Counted from the first letter of the stretch, positions 53,521 through 63,091 are shown. The stretch is DNA of 64,000 nt from Candidatus Methanomethylicia archaeon (GCA_029259155.1 JAPDJI010000025.1:5044-69043), one strand, 5' to 3'. Notes: a model not told the origin generated them from the letters alone. Translations and numbers: made by a program.

Positions 53521-54591
53521 ATGGGCAAGATAAGAGTAGCAGTAGCAGGTGTAGGTAACTGCTGCTCTGCCCTTATCCAAGGCATATATTACTATAGGGG
53601 TGCTCCTGACGACTCAGATATACCGGGACTCCTCTACCCTAACTTTGGAGGCTACAGGGTCGAGGATATAGAGTTCGTGGCTGCTTTTGACGTAAACGCG
53701 GAGAAGGTAGGCAAAGACCTCTCTGAAGCTATCTTCGCTTACCCCAATAACACCAGAAGGTTCGCAGAAGTCCCTCGGCTAGGAGTCACTGTCATGAATG
53801 CTCCGGTAATGGATGGAATAGGCAGGTATCTGAAGGATATAATTAAGCTATCCGATGAACCGCCTGCCGACGTGGCTCAAGTGCTTAAGGACACCAAAGC
53901 TGACATCTTGGTAAACTACCTTCCCGTGGGCTCTGAAGAAGCAGTCAGATGGTATGCTGCGCAAGCGCTCGAAGCAGGATGTGCTTTCGTTAACTGCATG
54001 CCGGTGTTCATAGCTTCCGACCCAGTGTGGGCTAAGAAATTCGAGGATCGAAGAATTCCTGTGGCAGGCGACGATATACAAAGCCAGCTAGGAGCTACGG
54101 TCTTGCATAAAACCATAGTCAAGCTCTTAGAGGAGCGCGGTGTTAGGATCGAAGAAACCTACCAGCTCAACGTAGGTGGCGATACAGACTTCCTTAACAT
54201 GTTAGAGCGTGAGCGTCTAGCCTCTAAGGAAGTCAGCAAGACTATGGCGGTCCAGAAGATGGCTGGCCATGAGTTCCCTGTGAAAATAGGGCCTAGTGAC
54301 TACATACCGTTTCTAGAGAATAGAAAGATATGCTACATATGGATTAGAGGGAAACACTTCGGCGATACCCCCATTAGCATCGACGTAAAGCTCTCAGTGT
54401 GGGATGCTCCAAACTCAGCGGGTGTGGTCATAGATGTGATAAGAGCAGTGAAGATAGCTTTGGACAGAGGCGTGGGTGGTCCCTTAACCAGCATTTCAGC
54501 CTGGGGCTTTAAGCACCCGCCAGTACATGCCCCAGCCTCCGTCGCTAGGCAATGGGTAGAGGAGTTCATAAAAGGAGCAAGAGAACGATAG
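53521..54591 (+). CDS. myo-Inositol-1-phosphate synthase (archaeal type).
   Basis: The N-terminal NAD-binding block is MGKIRVAVAGVGNCCSALIQGIYYY. ATG 53521 is preferred because the track's upstream extension overlaps the divergent gene and its AT-rich promoter region. Confidence 0.85.
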   Translation: MGKIRVAVAGVGNCCSALIQGIYYYRGAPDDSDIPGLLYPNFGGYRVEDIEFVAAFDVNAEKVGKDLSEAIFAYPNNTRRFAEVPRLGVTVMNAPVMDGIGRYLKDIIKLSDEPPADVAQVLKDTKADILVNYLPVGSEEAVRWYAAQALEAGCAFVNCMPVFIASDPVWAKKFEDRRIPVAGDDIQSQLGATVLHKTIVKLLEERGVRIEETYQLNVGGDTDFLNMLERERLASKEVSKTMAVQKMAGHEFPVKIGPSDYIPFLENRKICYIWIRGKHFGDTPISIDVKLSVWDAPNSAGVVIDVIRAVKIALDRGVGGPLTSISAWGFKHPPVHAPASVARQWVEEFIKGARER

Positions 54592-54596
54592 TAAAA

Positions 54597-55334
54597 CTAC
54601 TCAGAAATAGGGCCTTCCACCACTATGCCCTCTCCTCTAACGATCCTAAACTTATAAAGCACTGGATCAACAGCAGTCCACCTCATTTTTCTTACACATA
54701 AGGTTCTATAAACTTCATTACCTTTTCTAAGTATCCCTAACGTTATGATGCCTGAGGCTAAGAATTCCTCTACGCCGAATCTACTCAAAGTATTTGACCC
54801 TGTAGGTACCTCTGAGACGATCAATGTTGTACATCCAAGCTCGCGCTCGATTGCCAGCACCAACTCTCTAATATACTCCCTTGTAAAGGGGAGGTCTTCC
54901 TCCTTTGTTAGTAGAGGAGCTATAGGGTCTATGACCAGCCTAGTAGCTCCTATCCTCATCATCTCCTGTCTAATACCTACGATGACTGAACCGACAGCTG
55001 CCTCAATATACTTCTTCTTAAACTTCTCGGCAAAGCCTGGTACTATCTGAGTTATAGACAAAAGGTTCTTCTCAAGCAGACTGCTTACATCCCAGCCGAA
55101 GCCTTCAGCTCCCCGAATCACGTTTTCCCTATCCTCATCAATGGCCATGTAAATACCTCTCTCCCCTATCTTCACTCCATGGAGGAGAAACTGAAGGGAG
55201 AATATGGTTTTTCCAGTTCCCGTCTCGCCTGCGATGAGGTGGGTTCTACTTTTCAATAGTCCTCCTTCAATGAGTTCGTCGAGCCCAGGTATACCTGTAG
55301 GGGTACGTTGAATAGTTCTCGTAGGAGTTATCAA
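54597..55334 (-). CDS. Single-domain KaiC/RadA-like (RecA-superfamily) ATPase.
   Basis: TGIPGLDELIEGGLLKSRTHLIAGETGTGKTIFSLQF carries the Walker A motif, and the Walker B-like motif is RLVIDPI. The protein is 245 aa. Confidence 0.75.
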   Translation of the reverse strand: MITPTRTIQRTPTGIPGLDELIEGGLLKSRTHLIAGETGTGKTIFSLQFLLHGVKIGERGIYMAIDEDRENVIRGAEGFGWDVSSLLEKNLLSITQIVPGFAEKFKKKYIEAAVGSVIVGIRQEMMRIGATRLVIDPIAPLLTKEEDLPFTREYIRELVLAIERELGCTTLIVSEVPTGSNTLSRFGVEEFLASGIITLGILRKGNEVYRTLCVRKMRWTAVDPVLYKFRIVRGEGIVVEGPISE

Positions 55335-55336
55335 AA

Positions 55337-55522
55337 CTAAACCTCCTCTAATCTAAGCTCTCTAGACTTTGCTCCTCGAATAGTCCATAACTCTCTTTGA
55401 AGTAGATCACGTATAGCTATCCTTATAGCTTCGCTTCTAGAAGGAAATAGCCCAGCCTCAATGAGTCTATTAAGTTCTTCAAGATAAGCTTTAGGCACTT
55501 TAACTGTTATCACCCTCAACAT
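55337..55522 (-). CDS. Ribbon-helix-helix (CopG/Arc-like) DNA-binding protein.
   Basis: VITVKVPKAYLEELNRLIEAGLFPSRSEAIRIAIRDLL has the RHH pattern. A 2-nt gap separates it from the downstream KaiC-like gene. Confidence 0.65.
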   Translation of the reverse strand: MLRVITVKVPKAYLEELNRLIEAGLFPSRSEAIRIAIRDLLQRELWTIRGAKSRELRLEEV

Positions 55523-55611
55523 TAACCCTCCTCTGATCTAGACACTTTGTAAAAACCTTTAAACAATCTCTTTATAAAGGTAGTGTTTTTCAACACCTTC
55601 CCTTACAATTA

Positions 55612-56688
55612 TTAAAAGGTTCGTTCTATTAAGAAGTCTGCGAGCTCCTCGAAGAAGACCATGGAATGCTTCGTTAAGCTAGGTTCAGCTTCTCTCAGCT
55701 TCTCTTTGGCCAGCTTCACGAGATCTTGAGCGAGTTGACGGGCGTAGCTCAAAGCTCCTGTACTTTCCACGATGTTCCTAGCCTCCTCAACTTCTTCTCT
55801 TGTAAGGTCTGCTTTACCTAATAGCTTTCTGAGCCTGTTTCTATTTGTTTCATCGGCTAGCTCCAGAGCCTTAATGACGAGTAGCGTCATCTTACCTTCT
55901 CTAATATCACTTCCTACGGGTTTCCCTATTTCTTCTTCTTCGCCAAAGAGGCCTATGATGTCGTCCTGGATCTGGAAGCCCTGAGCTGAAAGAACAGCGT
56001 AGCTGCTTAAGGCTTTTAATTGGCTATCAGTGGCTCCACCTAGTGTCGCACCTATCAAAATGGCTTTCTCGAAGAGAGCTGCAGTCTTCAACCTAACCAT
56101 TTCTAGGTACTCCTTCTCCTCAACTTGTTCACTTAAGGGTAGATAAGTATCTAGGAGTACGCCGTCTATGAGTTGCTGGTAGGCCTCAACATAGAGCTTA
56201 AGCGCCTTAACTAACAGTTTCTCATCAAATCTTGCATAGGCTAGGGCCTTAAACCCTAGGTTAAATAAGATATCTCCTCCAAGTATCCCCAGGCTTAAGC
56301 CGAAATGCTCTGAGTCTCCTGAGGCTTTAACCGCTCTATGCCAATCTCTATACTTGGCATGGAAGGTTGGTCCTCCTCTCCTAAGTTCGTCTCTATCGAT
56401 TATGTCGTCGTGTATGAGACTTGAGTTGTGGAGTAGCTCAACGCATATGGAGGCGTCTATCGATGCCTGTTCGTCACTGCCTCCTACACCTCTATAAGCC
56501 ATTACTAGGGCGATGGGTCTAAGCCTCTTCCCTCCTCTAAGGAGGTACTCCTTTAAGTTAGCGTAGTACTCTTCATGAAACCTGCTTAGCTCTCTCGCCT
56601 GTGCAAGCTCCTTTCTTAAGAACCTCTCCAATGCTTCTTCAACTTTTGGGCTGTAGAGAGCTATGGTTTCCTTAAGCAAAGCTTTCAC
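55612..56688 (-). CDS. trans-Polyprenyl diphosphate synthase (GGPP or longer-chain type).
   Basis: LIHDDIIDRDELRRG and FQIQDDIIG are present in a 358-aa protein. Confidence 0.9.
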   Translation of the reverse strand: MKALLKETIALYSPKVEEALERFLRKELAQARELSRFHEEYYANLKEYLLRGGKRLRPIALVMAYRGVGGSDEQASIDASICVELLHNSSLIHDDIIDRDELRRGGPTFHAKYRDWHRAVKASGDSEHFGLSLGILGGDILFNLGFKALAYARFDEKLLVKALKLYVEAYQQLIDGVLLDTYLPLSEQVEEKEYLEMVRLKTAALFEKAILIGATLGGATDSQLKALSSYAVLSAQGFQIQDDIIGLFGEEEEIGKPVGSDIREGKMTLLVIKALELADETNRNRLRKLLGKADLTREEVEEARNIVESTGALSYARQLAQDLVKLAKEKLREAEPSLTKHSMVFFEELADFLIERTF

Positions 56689-56740
56689 CGAGAAAACCGT
56701 TAAACCTTATACGCTAAAAAGCCTAGCTGGGGGCCGAGTT

Positions 56741-57496
56741 TTGAGTAAAGTGGAGGTTTACGGGCTTAAGGTTAAGGAGGAGATTAAACCTGGCTTCGAC
56801 CTAGCTGAGGCCATAGTTAGAGAAGCTGAGCGCCAAGCTGGAGGTTTAAAGGACGGCGACGTTGTGGTAGTAACCTCTAAGGTTGTATCTAAAGCTGAAG
56901 GTAGACTGGCCTCGTTAAATACGGTTAAGCCCTCACCCTTCGCTGAAAGGTTAGCTGCTTCTCTAGGCAAACCTGCTGAAGTGGTCGAGCTTGTTTTACG
57001 TGAAGCTTCACGTATTGTCAGGATGGGCAAGCGGGTCTTGATCACTGAGGATTTAAGAGGATGGATAAGCGCTAATTCAGGTGTAGATGTATCTAATGCC
57101 CCACCTGGCTACGCTATTCTTCTTCCAATAGACCCAGACGCTTCTGCGAGAAAACTTAGAGACGCCTTGTCAAAAGCTACTGGTAAGGAAGTGGCGGTCA
57201 TAGTATCTGATACGCAGGGTAGACCCTTCAGGAAAGGACAGGTGGATGTAGCAGTGGGTCTGGCTGGGCTAAAACCGATATGGGATAGGAAGGGGGAGAA
57301 GGATCTTTACGGGTATTCCTTAAGGATAAAGGAGATAGCTTTAGCTGACGAGCTGGCTTCTGCGGCCGAGCTGGTGATTGGTCAGGCGGCTGAAGCCACA
57401 CCTGTTGCTATCATAAGAGGGGTTAGCTATGAGAAGGACGAGAAAGCCGAGGCGAAAGACATTCAAAGACCTAGGCCTGAGGATCTTTTCGCTTAA
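56741..57496 (+). CDS. cofE: CofE-family protein (coenzyme F420-0:L-glutamate ligase-like).
   Basis: [29 protein letters not shown] and [24 protein letters not shown] are present. The start is uncertain. I chose TTG 56741 (GTG 56750 is also possible) because the track start at 56663 overlaps the divergent gene. Confidence 0.8.
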   Translation: MSKVEVYGLKVKEEIKPGFDLAEAIVREAERQAGGLKDGDVVVVTSKVVSKAEGRLASLNTVKPSPFAERLAASLGKPAEVVELVLREASRIVRMGKRVLITEDLRGWISANSGVDVSNAPPGYAILLPIDPDASARKLRDALSKATGKEVAVIVSDTQGRPFRKGQVDVAVGLAGLKPIWDRKGEKDLYGYSLRIKEIALADELASAAELVIGQAAEATPVAIIRGVSYEKDEKAEAKDIQRPRPEDLFA

Positions 57497-57513
57497 AGGA
57501 GTCGGAGGTAAAC

Positions 57514-57523
57514 TATTTATTTT
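57514..57523 (+). promoter_or_regulatory. Candidate TATA for alba.
   Basis: AAACTATTTATTTTA is followed by AAGGAGGT at 57553-57560, 8 nt before the ATG at 57568. Confidence 0.5.
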
Positions 57524-57567
57524 ACCCTAACAAGAGGGGTAGCGCTGCGAACAAGGAGGTAAACAAC

Positions 57568-57888
57568 ATGAGCAAGGAGGCAGAGGCTTCAAAGAAGGAG
57601 AAGGCCGCCAGGCCCATAGGAGAGAACGTAGTCCTGGTGGGGAACAAGCCAACCATGAACTATGTGCTGGCCACAGTCATTCAGTTCAACCAGGGAGCCG
57701 ACAAGGTGATAGTTAAGGCTAGAGGGAGAGCTATATCCAAGGCGGTCGACACTGCTCAGATCGTTCAACTACGATTCTTACAGGACCAGGTAGAGGTCAA
57801 GGACGTCAAGATAGGCACTGAGAGAGTTGGCGAGTACGGGCAAGAGAGAAACGTGTCTACCATCGAGATCCTGCTAGCCAGGAAGTAG
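57568..57888 (+). CDS. albA: Chromatin/RNA-binding protein Alba.
   Basis: [47 protein letters not shown] is the canonical Alba core. Confidence 0.9.
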   Translation: MSKEAEASKKEKAARPIGENVVLVGNKPTMNYVLATVIQFNQGADKVIVKARGRAISKAVDTAQIVQLRFLQDQVEVKDVKIGTERVGEYGQERNVSTIEILLARK

Positions 57889-57919
57889 GCGGCCTCAACG
57901 CTACATCATTTTTCCCTCT

Positions 57920-59170
57920 TTATAGTTCTCTGAACCCTAAGTTTAGGAGCTCCGCTATCTCCCTTAGCTCTTCCATAACATCACCATAAACCATCAATAA
58001 GTGCCCTCCTACTAATTTACTTAACAGCTCAACTGGCTCCTCCACCTCCACCTCTGCTTGGGTCCTGCAGAACCCTTCCTTCTTCAGGAATGACGCCTTC
58101 ATGTAACCTTTGAAAGCTACTATCTCCTTCAATCCTTTATCTACATTAAAAAGCGTGACAGCCCCTCTTTTCAACTCCACATCCAGACCTGCTGGAAGCC
58201 CGCTTTCAAAATGTGGAAGGACGTCTATCCGTCTCTCGGCCATGGAGGCTGGCGCTGTACAGTGTGCTATTAGCAAAGTCCTACCGGTGTATGATGAGAC
58301 GTTGGACATGAAGAACTCTCTCTTAAGTAGTTTACGTGTCAAGACGCTTGCAGCTATGGACTGAATTTCTCCTTCACATACAGCTACGTAGCCTTCATCG
58401 CTTAATAAAGACATAGTAAGGCAGGGCGTGGAGCCTATCTTGCTCAGTAAATTGAAGCAGTTGAAGGTGAAGCCGTCGGCCCCTCTAGCTTCAAGTAGAC
58501 TTTTGGTAGCCAAATACAACCTGATAGCCTTTGTTAAGCTCGTGTCTTTTATTGCCATCGAGGCTCTCAACCGTTTCTCCATCGTCTCCACCTCCTCTTC
58601 ACCTACCTTTATGATGGCTTCCTCCAAGTCCTTGTATGGTACTTCCTCGATTTCCACGTTAAACATCTCGGCGAGTCTTTCTGGACTGGCTTCTTTAAGG
58701 TCAGCTCTCGCTGCCAGTCCCCCGAAGGATAGAATCTTAGCTTTACTTTCTTCTCTGAGGGATTTAGCTTTCTCCAAGAATCTTCTGACTTCTTCTGCGT
58801 AGCCCTCTCTAACCATTACTATCTTTGCCATGGCTTGCTCCCTCAAGAGAGCATTGGCTTCAAGAGCTGAAGGGAGGGCGTTATGGCGGGGCGATGCTAT
58901 GAAAATTAAAGGCTTAGCTACATCTTGCAGGATTTTCGCAGCTGATTTAGAAGTCCCTCCCGTTAGAAACACTATTATGGTCCCATGTACTCTTTTGCTG
59001 AGCTTTACTTCTCGGTAATGGGGTTGACCTACGATGAGGTGTTCATGGAACTCTAAGCCTACGTCTCTCAATTTTTCTAGGCATTGTTCAAGATCTCTTC
59101 TCCACTCCTCCTCTGGATGAATTGGTGACGCAAAGGCCACTAAGTTTGTTCTCAAGTATCCCCCCAGCAA
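57920..59170 (-). CDS. Hypothetical protein, possibly of the L-fucose/L-arabinose isomerase-like family.
   Basis: The blocks GFTFNCFNLL...TPCLTMSLLSDEGYVAVCEGE...LIAHCTAP resemble the central and catalytic region of COG2407-type isomerases as I remember them. This has not been verified. Confidence 0.4.
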   Translation of the reverse strand: MLGGYLRTNLVAFASPIHPEEEWRRDLEQCLEKLRDVGLEFHEHLIVGQPHYREVKLSKRVHGTIIVFLTGGTSKSAAKILQDVAKPLIFIASPRHNALPSALEANALLREQAMAKIVMVREGYAEEVRRFLEKAKSLREESKAKILSFGGLAARADLKEASPERLAEMFNVEIEEVPYKDLEEAIIKVGEEEVETMEKRLRASMAIKDTSLTKAIRLYLATKSLLEARGADGFTFNCFNLLSKIGSTPCLTMSLLSDEGYVAVCEGEIQSIAASVLTRKLLKREFFMSNVSSYTGRTLLIAHCTAPASMAERRIDVLPHFESGLPAGLDVELKRGAVTLFNVDKGLKEIVAFKGYMKASFLKKEGFCRTQAEVEVEEPVELLSKLVGGHLLMVYGDVMEELREIAELLNLGFREL

Positions 59171-59197
59171 CCCTATTATCCCTCTAGGACTTAACTA

Positions 59198-60334
59198 TTG
59201 AGCTCGGAGGTATTCTTGATACCTATCAACGTACCTATAATGGGAGAAGAGGAAGTTCAAGCGGTAAGGGAGGTTCTAGAGTCTGGCAGGCTAACTGAAT
59301 GGAGACCTGAAGGAGGACCTGCTGCAAGAAGGTTTGAGGAAGCTTTCGCCTCTTATATTGGAGTTAAACATGCTATCGCTGTAAACTCAGGTACAGCTGC
59401 GTTACATGCAGCTCTTCTTGCAATTGGTGTTGGTAAAGGAGATGAGGTGATAGTGCCAGCCTTTACTTTCGTAGCTACAGCTAACGCTGTATTACTGACT
59501 GGTGCGAAGCCGGTAATAGTGGATATAGACCTAGACACTTATAATATTAGCTTGGAAGCGGTTAGGAAGGCGCTTACAAAGAGGACTAAAGCCGTGATAC
59601 CCGTACACCTTTACGGCTTGCCTGTCGATATGGACCCTGTTATGGAGTTGGCTGAGGAGAAAGGCCTCTACGTTATCGAGGATGCGGCTCAAGCTCATGG
59701 AGCTGAGTATAAGGGACGTAAAGTAGGTGGATTAGGCCACTTGGCTTGTTTTTCTTTCTATTCAAGCAAGGTGATAACCACGGGGGAGGGTGGAATGGTG
59801 ACGACTAACGATGACGAACTAGCAGATAGGTTAAGGTCCATAAGGACACATGGACAAAGGAAGGGTTACGATACCGAGAGGCTCGGACATAATTATAGGA
59901 TGCCAGAAGTTCAAGCAGCGATAGGCTTGGTGCAGCTTAATAGAATTGAAAATTTCCTCCGCTCAAGGAGGAGGAACGCTGAGATCCTGTCGGAGGGGCT
60001 TTCAGGCCTTGAGGGTACTCATTTGCCCATAGAGCCTCGAGGATTCAAGCACTGCTGGTATCTATACACGGTACGTGTGGAGGATCAAAAGAAGAGAGAT
60101 AAGGTGGTGAGAGAGCTAAATAAGGTAGGAATAGGGGCCGCTGTATATTACAGGACGCCTATACATCGCACTCCCCTACACCTGAAGGTAGCTAGGAAGG
60201 TACGACCAGTTAACGCGGAGTTAGCTTCGCGAACAGTGTTTCAGTTACCAGTTCATCCAAAGGTCACCGAGGAACAAGCTAAATGGATAGCTAATGAGAC
60301 GGTTAAGCTTCTTAGGAGGAAATTGGCTGAGTGA
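59198..60334 (+). CDS. DegT/DnrJ/EryC1/StrS-family PLP-dependent sugar aminotransferase.
   Basis: IPINVPIMGEEEVQAV, EDAAQAHGA and the Schiff-base Lys block SFYSSKVITTGEGGMV are present. Confidence 0.9.
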   Translation: MSSEVFLIPINVPIMGEEEVQAVREVLESGRLTEWRPEGGPAARRFEEAFASYIGVKHAIAVNSGTAALHAALLAIGVGKGDEVIVPAFTFVATANAVLLTGAKPVIVDIDLDTYNISLEAVRKALTKRTKAVIPVHLYGLPVDMDPVMELAEEKGLYVIEDAAQAHGAEYKGRKVGGLGHLACFSFYSSKVITTGEGGMVTTNDDELADRLRSIRTHGQRKGYDTERLGHNYRMPEVQAAIGLVQLNRIENFLRSRRRNAEILSEGLSGLEGTHLPIEPRGFKHCWYLYTVRVEDQKKRDKVVRELNKVGIGAAVYYRTPIHRTPLHLKVARKVRPVNAELASRTVFQLPVHPKVTEEQAKWIANETVKLLRRKLAE

Positions 60335-61218
60335 GACGCATAACATCGGGAAGACTGATCCAGGCGGCCTCACGCAGATATAAACCCATAAGGCTAGTAA
60401 TGGACCTTTGGCTGCCGGGCATGGATGCTTCAAGTAAACTGATTGAAGCTTTGAAGGGTAAAGCAAACAACGGAGACATACTGGTAGTTTCGGAGAAGGC
60501 ACTATCAGTATCTAAAGGCCTGGTTGTTGATGAAGCTTCCATAAAGCCCTCTATTCTCTCCATGGTGATTACCCTCCTATTGATGAGGATTGTATGGGGG
60601 TACCTTCTAGGCCCTTTATGTAGACTTAAGCCTTATACCTTAGAGTGGCTTAGAGCCTACCCTCTAAGGGAAGGTTCTCGTCATAAACAGCTTGCCGCGA
60701 AGCTGGGAGGTTTACTAGAGGTTCTTAAACCCTCGTCAGAGGCTGGAGTGGATGCAAGTAACTTACCAGGTAGCCTTGTAGCTCTTCCTCTTTTCAACCC
60801 TTTAAGAGAGGCGGAAGAGTTGAGGTCTAAGATAAAGAAGTGTTTAGGTATAAATGTGACGGTAGTGATCTCGGATAGCGATAGGCTCTATATACATCGT
60901 TCCTCAGGTTTTGCATTGACAAGTCGCCGTTCAGCCTTGAAGAGATCTCTTTATCTAGGTTTCTTAGCCTACATTATCGGCAGGACATTTAGAGGGAAAT
61001 TTGCGCCATTTGCTACCCCATTGGCCGTGGTTGGGGAGCAGCTTGATAGTTTCATGTTACTTGGCTTGACAGAGCTAGCTGATAGGCTTAGGGGCTCTGG
61101 TGCTGGAAGAACTGTGTTTGAGATGGCTGAGAGGTTTGAAGTAGGTTTAGAGGAAGTTACTTGGAGGATGTTAAGTTCGATTAAACATTGCCCTGCGGTC
61201 CTGTTTAAGCCTCGTTGA
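60331..61218 (+). CDS. Divergent CofE/F420-ligase-like family protein with an internal hydrophobic insertion.
   Basis: NGDILVVSEKALSVSKG, EAGVDASNLPGSLVALPL and VVISDSDRLY align with the CofE blocks of 56741..57496. The GRPFRxGQ block is absent, and a hydrophobic segment ILSMVITLLLMRIVWGYLLGPL is inserted. Confidence 0.5.
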   Translation: MRRITSGRLIQAASRRYKPIRLVMDLWLPGMDASSKLIEALKGKANNGDILVVSEKALSVSKGLVVDEASIKPSILSMVITLLLMRIVWGYLLGPLCRLKPYTLEWLRAYPLREGSRHKQLAAKLGGLLEVLKPSSEAGVDASNLPGSLVALPLFNPLREAEELRSKIKKCLGINVTVVISDSDRLYIHRSSGFALTSRRSALKRSLYLGFLAYIIGRTFRGKFAPFATPLAVVGEQLDSFMLLGLTELADRLRGSGAGRTVFEMAERFEVGLEEVTWRMLSSIKHCPAVLFKPR

Positions 61219-61636
61219 TTAATGAAGCCTCGCTGCGGAGCGGTATGGTCATTACCTCTACCTGTTCTATACCTCTAAGCGTAGATAGTTTGCCTGTAAG
61301 TTCCTTTATGCGCTCTCCTTTCCCTTTAATTACGAGTATCTCTAAGCAATTTTCCTCCTCGAGGTGCATGTGTACCTCGGTGGCTATGACGTCATCGAAC
61401 TCGTGCTTAAGTACATCCAACACGTCTGCCTTCACTTTTCCTTTAAGGTAGGTGAACATCAAAGTGGCTATGAAGGAACCCTTAAGGTCTGTTAGCCACT
61501 TACGCTTTGAAAGAAAGCTTCTAAGAGAAGCTCGAACTACTTCTGATCGGCTAGAATATCCTTCATCCTCAACGACCCTATCCAGCTCCCATAGTAAGCT
61601 ATCCGGTAAGGCTAAACTTATGATCGCCACCTTCAA
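61205..61636 (-). CDS. nikR: Nickel-responsive regulator NikR (RHH plus ACT-like metal-binding domain).
   Basis: The RHH N-terminus is ISLALPDSLLWELDRVVEDEGYSSRSEVVRASLRSFL. The C-domain carries EVHMHLEEENCLEILVIKG, which matches the H-x-H...C Ni-site pattern. Confidence 0.85.
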   Translation of the reverse strand: MKVAIISLALPDSLLWELDRVVEDEGYSSRSEVVRASLRSFLSKRKWLTDLKGSFIATLMFTYLKGKVKADVLDVLKHEFDDVIATEVHMHLEEENCLEILVIKGKGERIKELTGKLSTLRGIEQVEVMTIPLRSEASLINEA

Positions 61637-61641
61637 CCCCT

Positions 61642-62622
61642 TTAAGCGTCTCTAACTCCCTCATCGGTTATCATGAAGACGACCTCTCCTTCAGGAAGAT
61701 AAGGTGAATCCACCAACCTAGCTATACGCTTTTCCCCCTTAGATTTCCTAAGGTAAACTCTTGCACCTGGAGCATGAGCGAGTATATGTCCTCCTACAGC
61801 TGCTGTAGGGTCGCCGAAGAACATGTCGGGCCTTGCCATCACCTGGTTGGTCGCCACTACGCACAGCTCATATGCATCTGCTAATCTAGAAAGCTCGTGA
61901 AGGTGGCGGTTAAGCTTCTGTTGCCTAGCTGCTAGGGCTTCCCTGCCAGGGTATTCAGCTCTAAAGTGACCTGTAATGCTGTCTATGACGAGGAGCTTTA
62001 CGTTTTGTTCTGGTACAAGCTCCTTAGCTTTCTCCACCAACAACATTTGGTGATCGGTGTTGAAGGCTCTGGCCACGATTATGTTCTTAAGAGCTTGTTG
62101 AGGATCCAGGTTCAAGGCCCTTGCCATTGCTATTATCCTTTCCGGCCTAAACGTGCCTTCAGAGTCGATGTAAAGGGCTTTTCCTTCAAGTCCTCCCGCC
62201 TCGCGAGGTAGTTGTACGTTAACACATAGTTGATGGCAGAGCTGGGTTTTACCTGTCCCAAATTCTCCATAAAACTCGGTTATGGTTTGAGTTTCAACAC
62301 CACCACCAAGTAGCTTGTCCAGATTCTTGCTACCTGTAGTAAGCTTAGCTACCTTGAGCCTTCTGGCGTAGATTTCATCCGCGGTCTTAAAGCCGATATC
62401 GAGAGCCTCCCTAGCTGCAGCTATGATTTTCTGAGCAGCGGCTACTGAAAGGCCGGTTACTGCACTAAGTTCTTGAGGTGAAGCGACAGCTATGGCTTCG
62501 AACGTTTTAAACCCGGCTTCCAATAGCTTCTCTGCCGTGGCGGGGCCTACACCTGGTAGGTCGGTTAAATCTCTAGGTCTTGAAGGTTTGCTCAACTTAC
62601 ACACCTTGAGGTATTGCCTCAA
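61642..62622 (-). CDS. radA: DNA repair and recombination protein RadA.
   Basis: The HhH N-domain is [17 protein letters not shown], Walker A is GEFGTGKTQ, and Walker B is LLVIDS. The exact start (TTG 62622 or downstream GTG/TTG) is uncertain. Confidence 0.95.
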   Translation of the reverse strand: MRQYLKVCKLSKPSRPRDLTDLPGVGPATAEKLLEAGFKTFEAIAVASPQELSAVTGLSVAAAQKIIAAAREALDIGFKTADEIYARRLKVAKLTTGSKNLDKLLGGGVETQTITEFYGEFGTGKTQLCHQLCVNVQLPREAGGLEGKALYIDSEGTFRPERIIAMARALNLDPQQALKNIIVARAFNTDHQMLLVEKAKELVPEQNVKLLVIDSITGHFRAEYPGREALAARQQKLNRHLHELSRLADAYELCVVATNQVMARPDMFFGDPTAAVGGHILAHAPGARVYLRKSKGEKRIARLVDSPYLPEGEVVFMITDEGVRDA

Positions 62623-62678
62623 AATAAGTTAGCTTAGACCGAGATAAATACTTCTTTTCAGCCAGGGCTATCTTTCCA

Positions 62679-62951
62679 CTAAACGATGTAGCTTTTAGCA
62701 ACTCTGGGGGCAGACCATCTCCTTCGTCCTTTAAACCGGAAGAATTTACCTCTCTTTTCTATGGCATCTCTCGTAAGCAACCTATTGAGAGCTGACGCCA
62801 CTAGGTCTAAGTTGTCGCCTACCTTAACCGCTATGAAGCGCATGGTGGCACCCCTCTTCCTTGATCTTAAGAACTGGAGGATTCTTTCTTCTACGTCGTT
62901 CTCTAAGCCTCCTGCACTATTAATAGCGGCTTCTTTCCTCATTTTCGTCAC
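62679..62951 (-). CDS. Small putative winged-helix DNA-binding protein.
   Basis: The 90-aa protein has ILQFLRSRKRGATMRFIAVKVGDNLDLVASALNRLLTRDAIEKRGKFFRF, which fits an HTH-plus-wing pattern. I recognise no specific family. Confidence 0.4.
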   Translation of the reverse strand: MTKMRKEAAINSAGGLENDVEERILQFLRSRKRGATMRFIAVKVGDNLDLVASALNRLLTRDAIEKRGKFFRFKGRRRWSAPRVAKSYIV

Positions 62952-63009
62952 CGTTCAAGAATAGTTCCTTCGACCTTTTAACGCTCAGAGTTTAAACTAA
63001 GTAATAATG

Positions 63010-63039
63010 CTCCAGAGATTAGCTCTAGCATCTCTGGAG
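63010..63039. promoter_or_regulatory. Perfect 10-bp inverted repeat with a 10-nt spacer (CTCCAGAGAT-tagctctagc-ATCTCTGGAG), downstream of orc1/cdc6 and upstream of the small wHTH gene.
   Basis: Read directly from the sequence. A T5 run follows on the plus strand. It lies about 15-50 nt upstream of a TATA-like AGTTTAAAC on the minus strand. Confidence 0.4.
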
Positions 63040-63091
63040 GTTTTTCCATCTTTAAATCTACATAAATGTCGGAGTTTGATGCTTAACTCCT

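Noticed and set aside
56663-56740. Track start of the CofE gene at 56663 and of the MIPS gene at 53422. Both extend into divergent upstream genes.
   Set aside because: The N-terminal extensions have no family similarity and overlap the 5' ends or promoters of the divergent genes. Internal starts at 56741/56750 and 53521 give family-typical N-termini.
62952-63091. Replication origin next to orc1/cdc6.
   Set aside because: Only one dyad with weak ORB resemblance is present, with no repeated ORB or mini-ORB elements and no AT-rich unwinding element. Origins usually lie upstream of orc1, which is outside this window.
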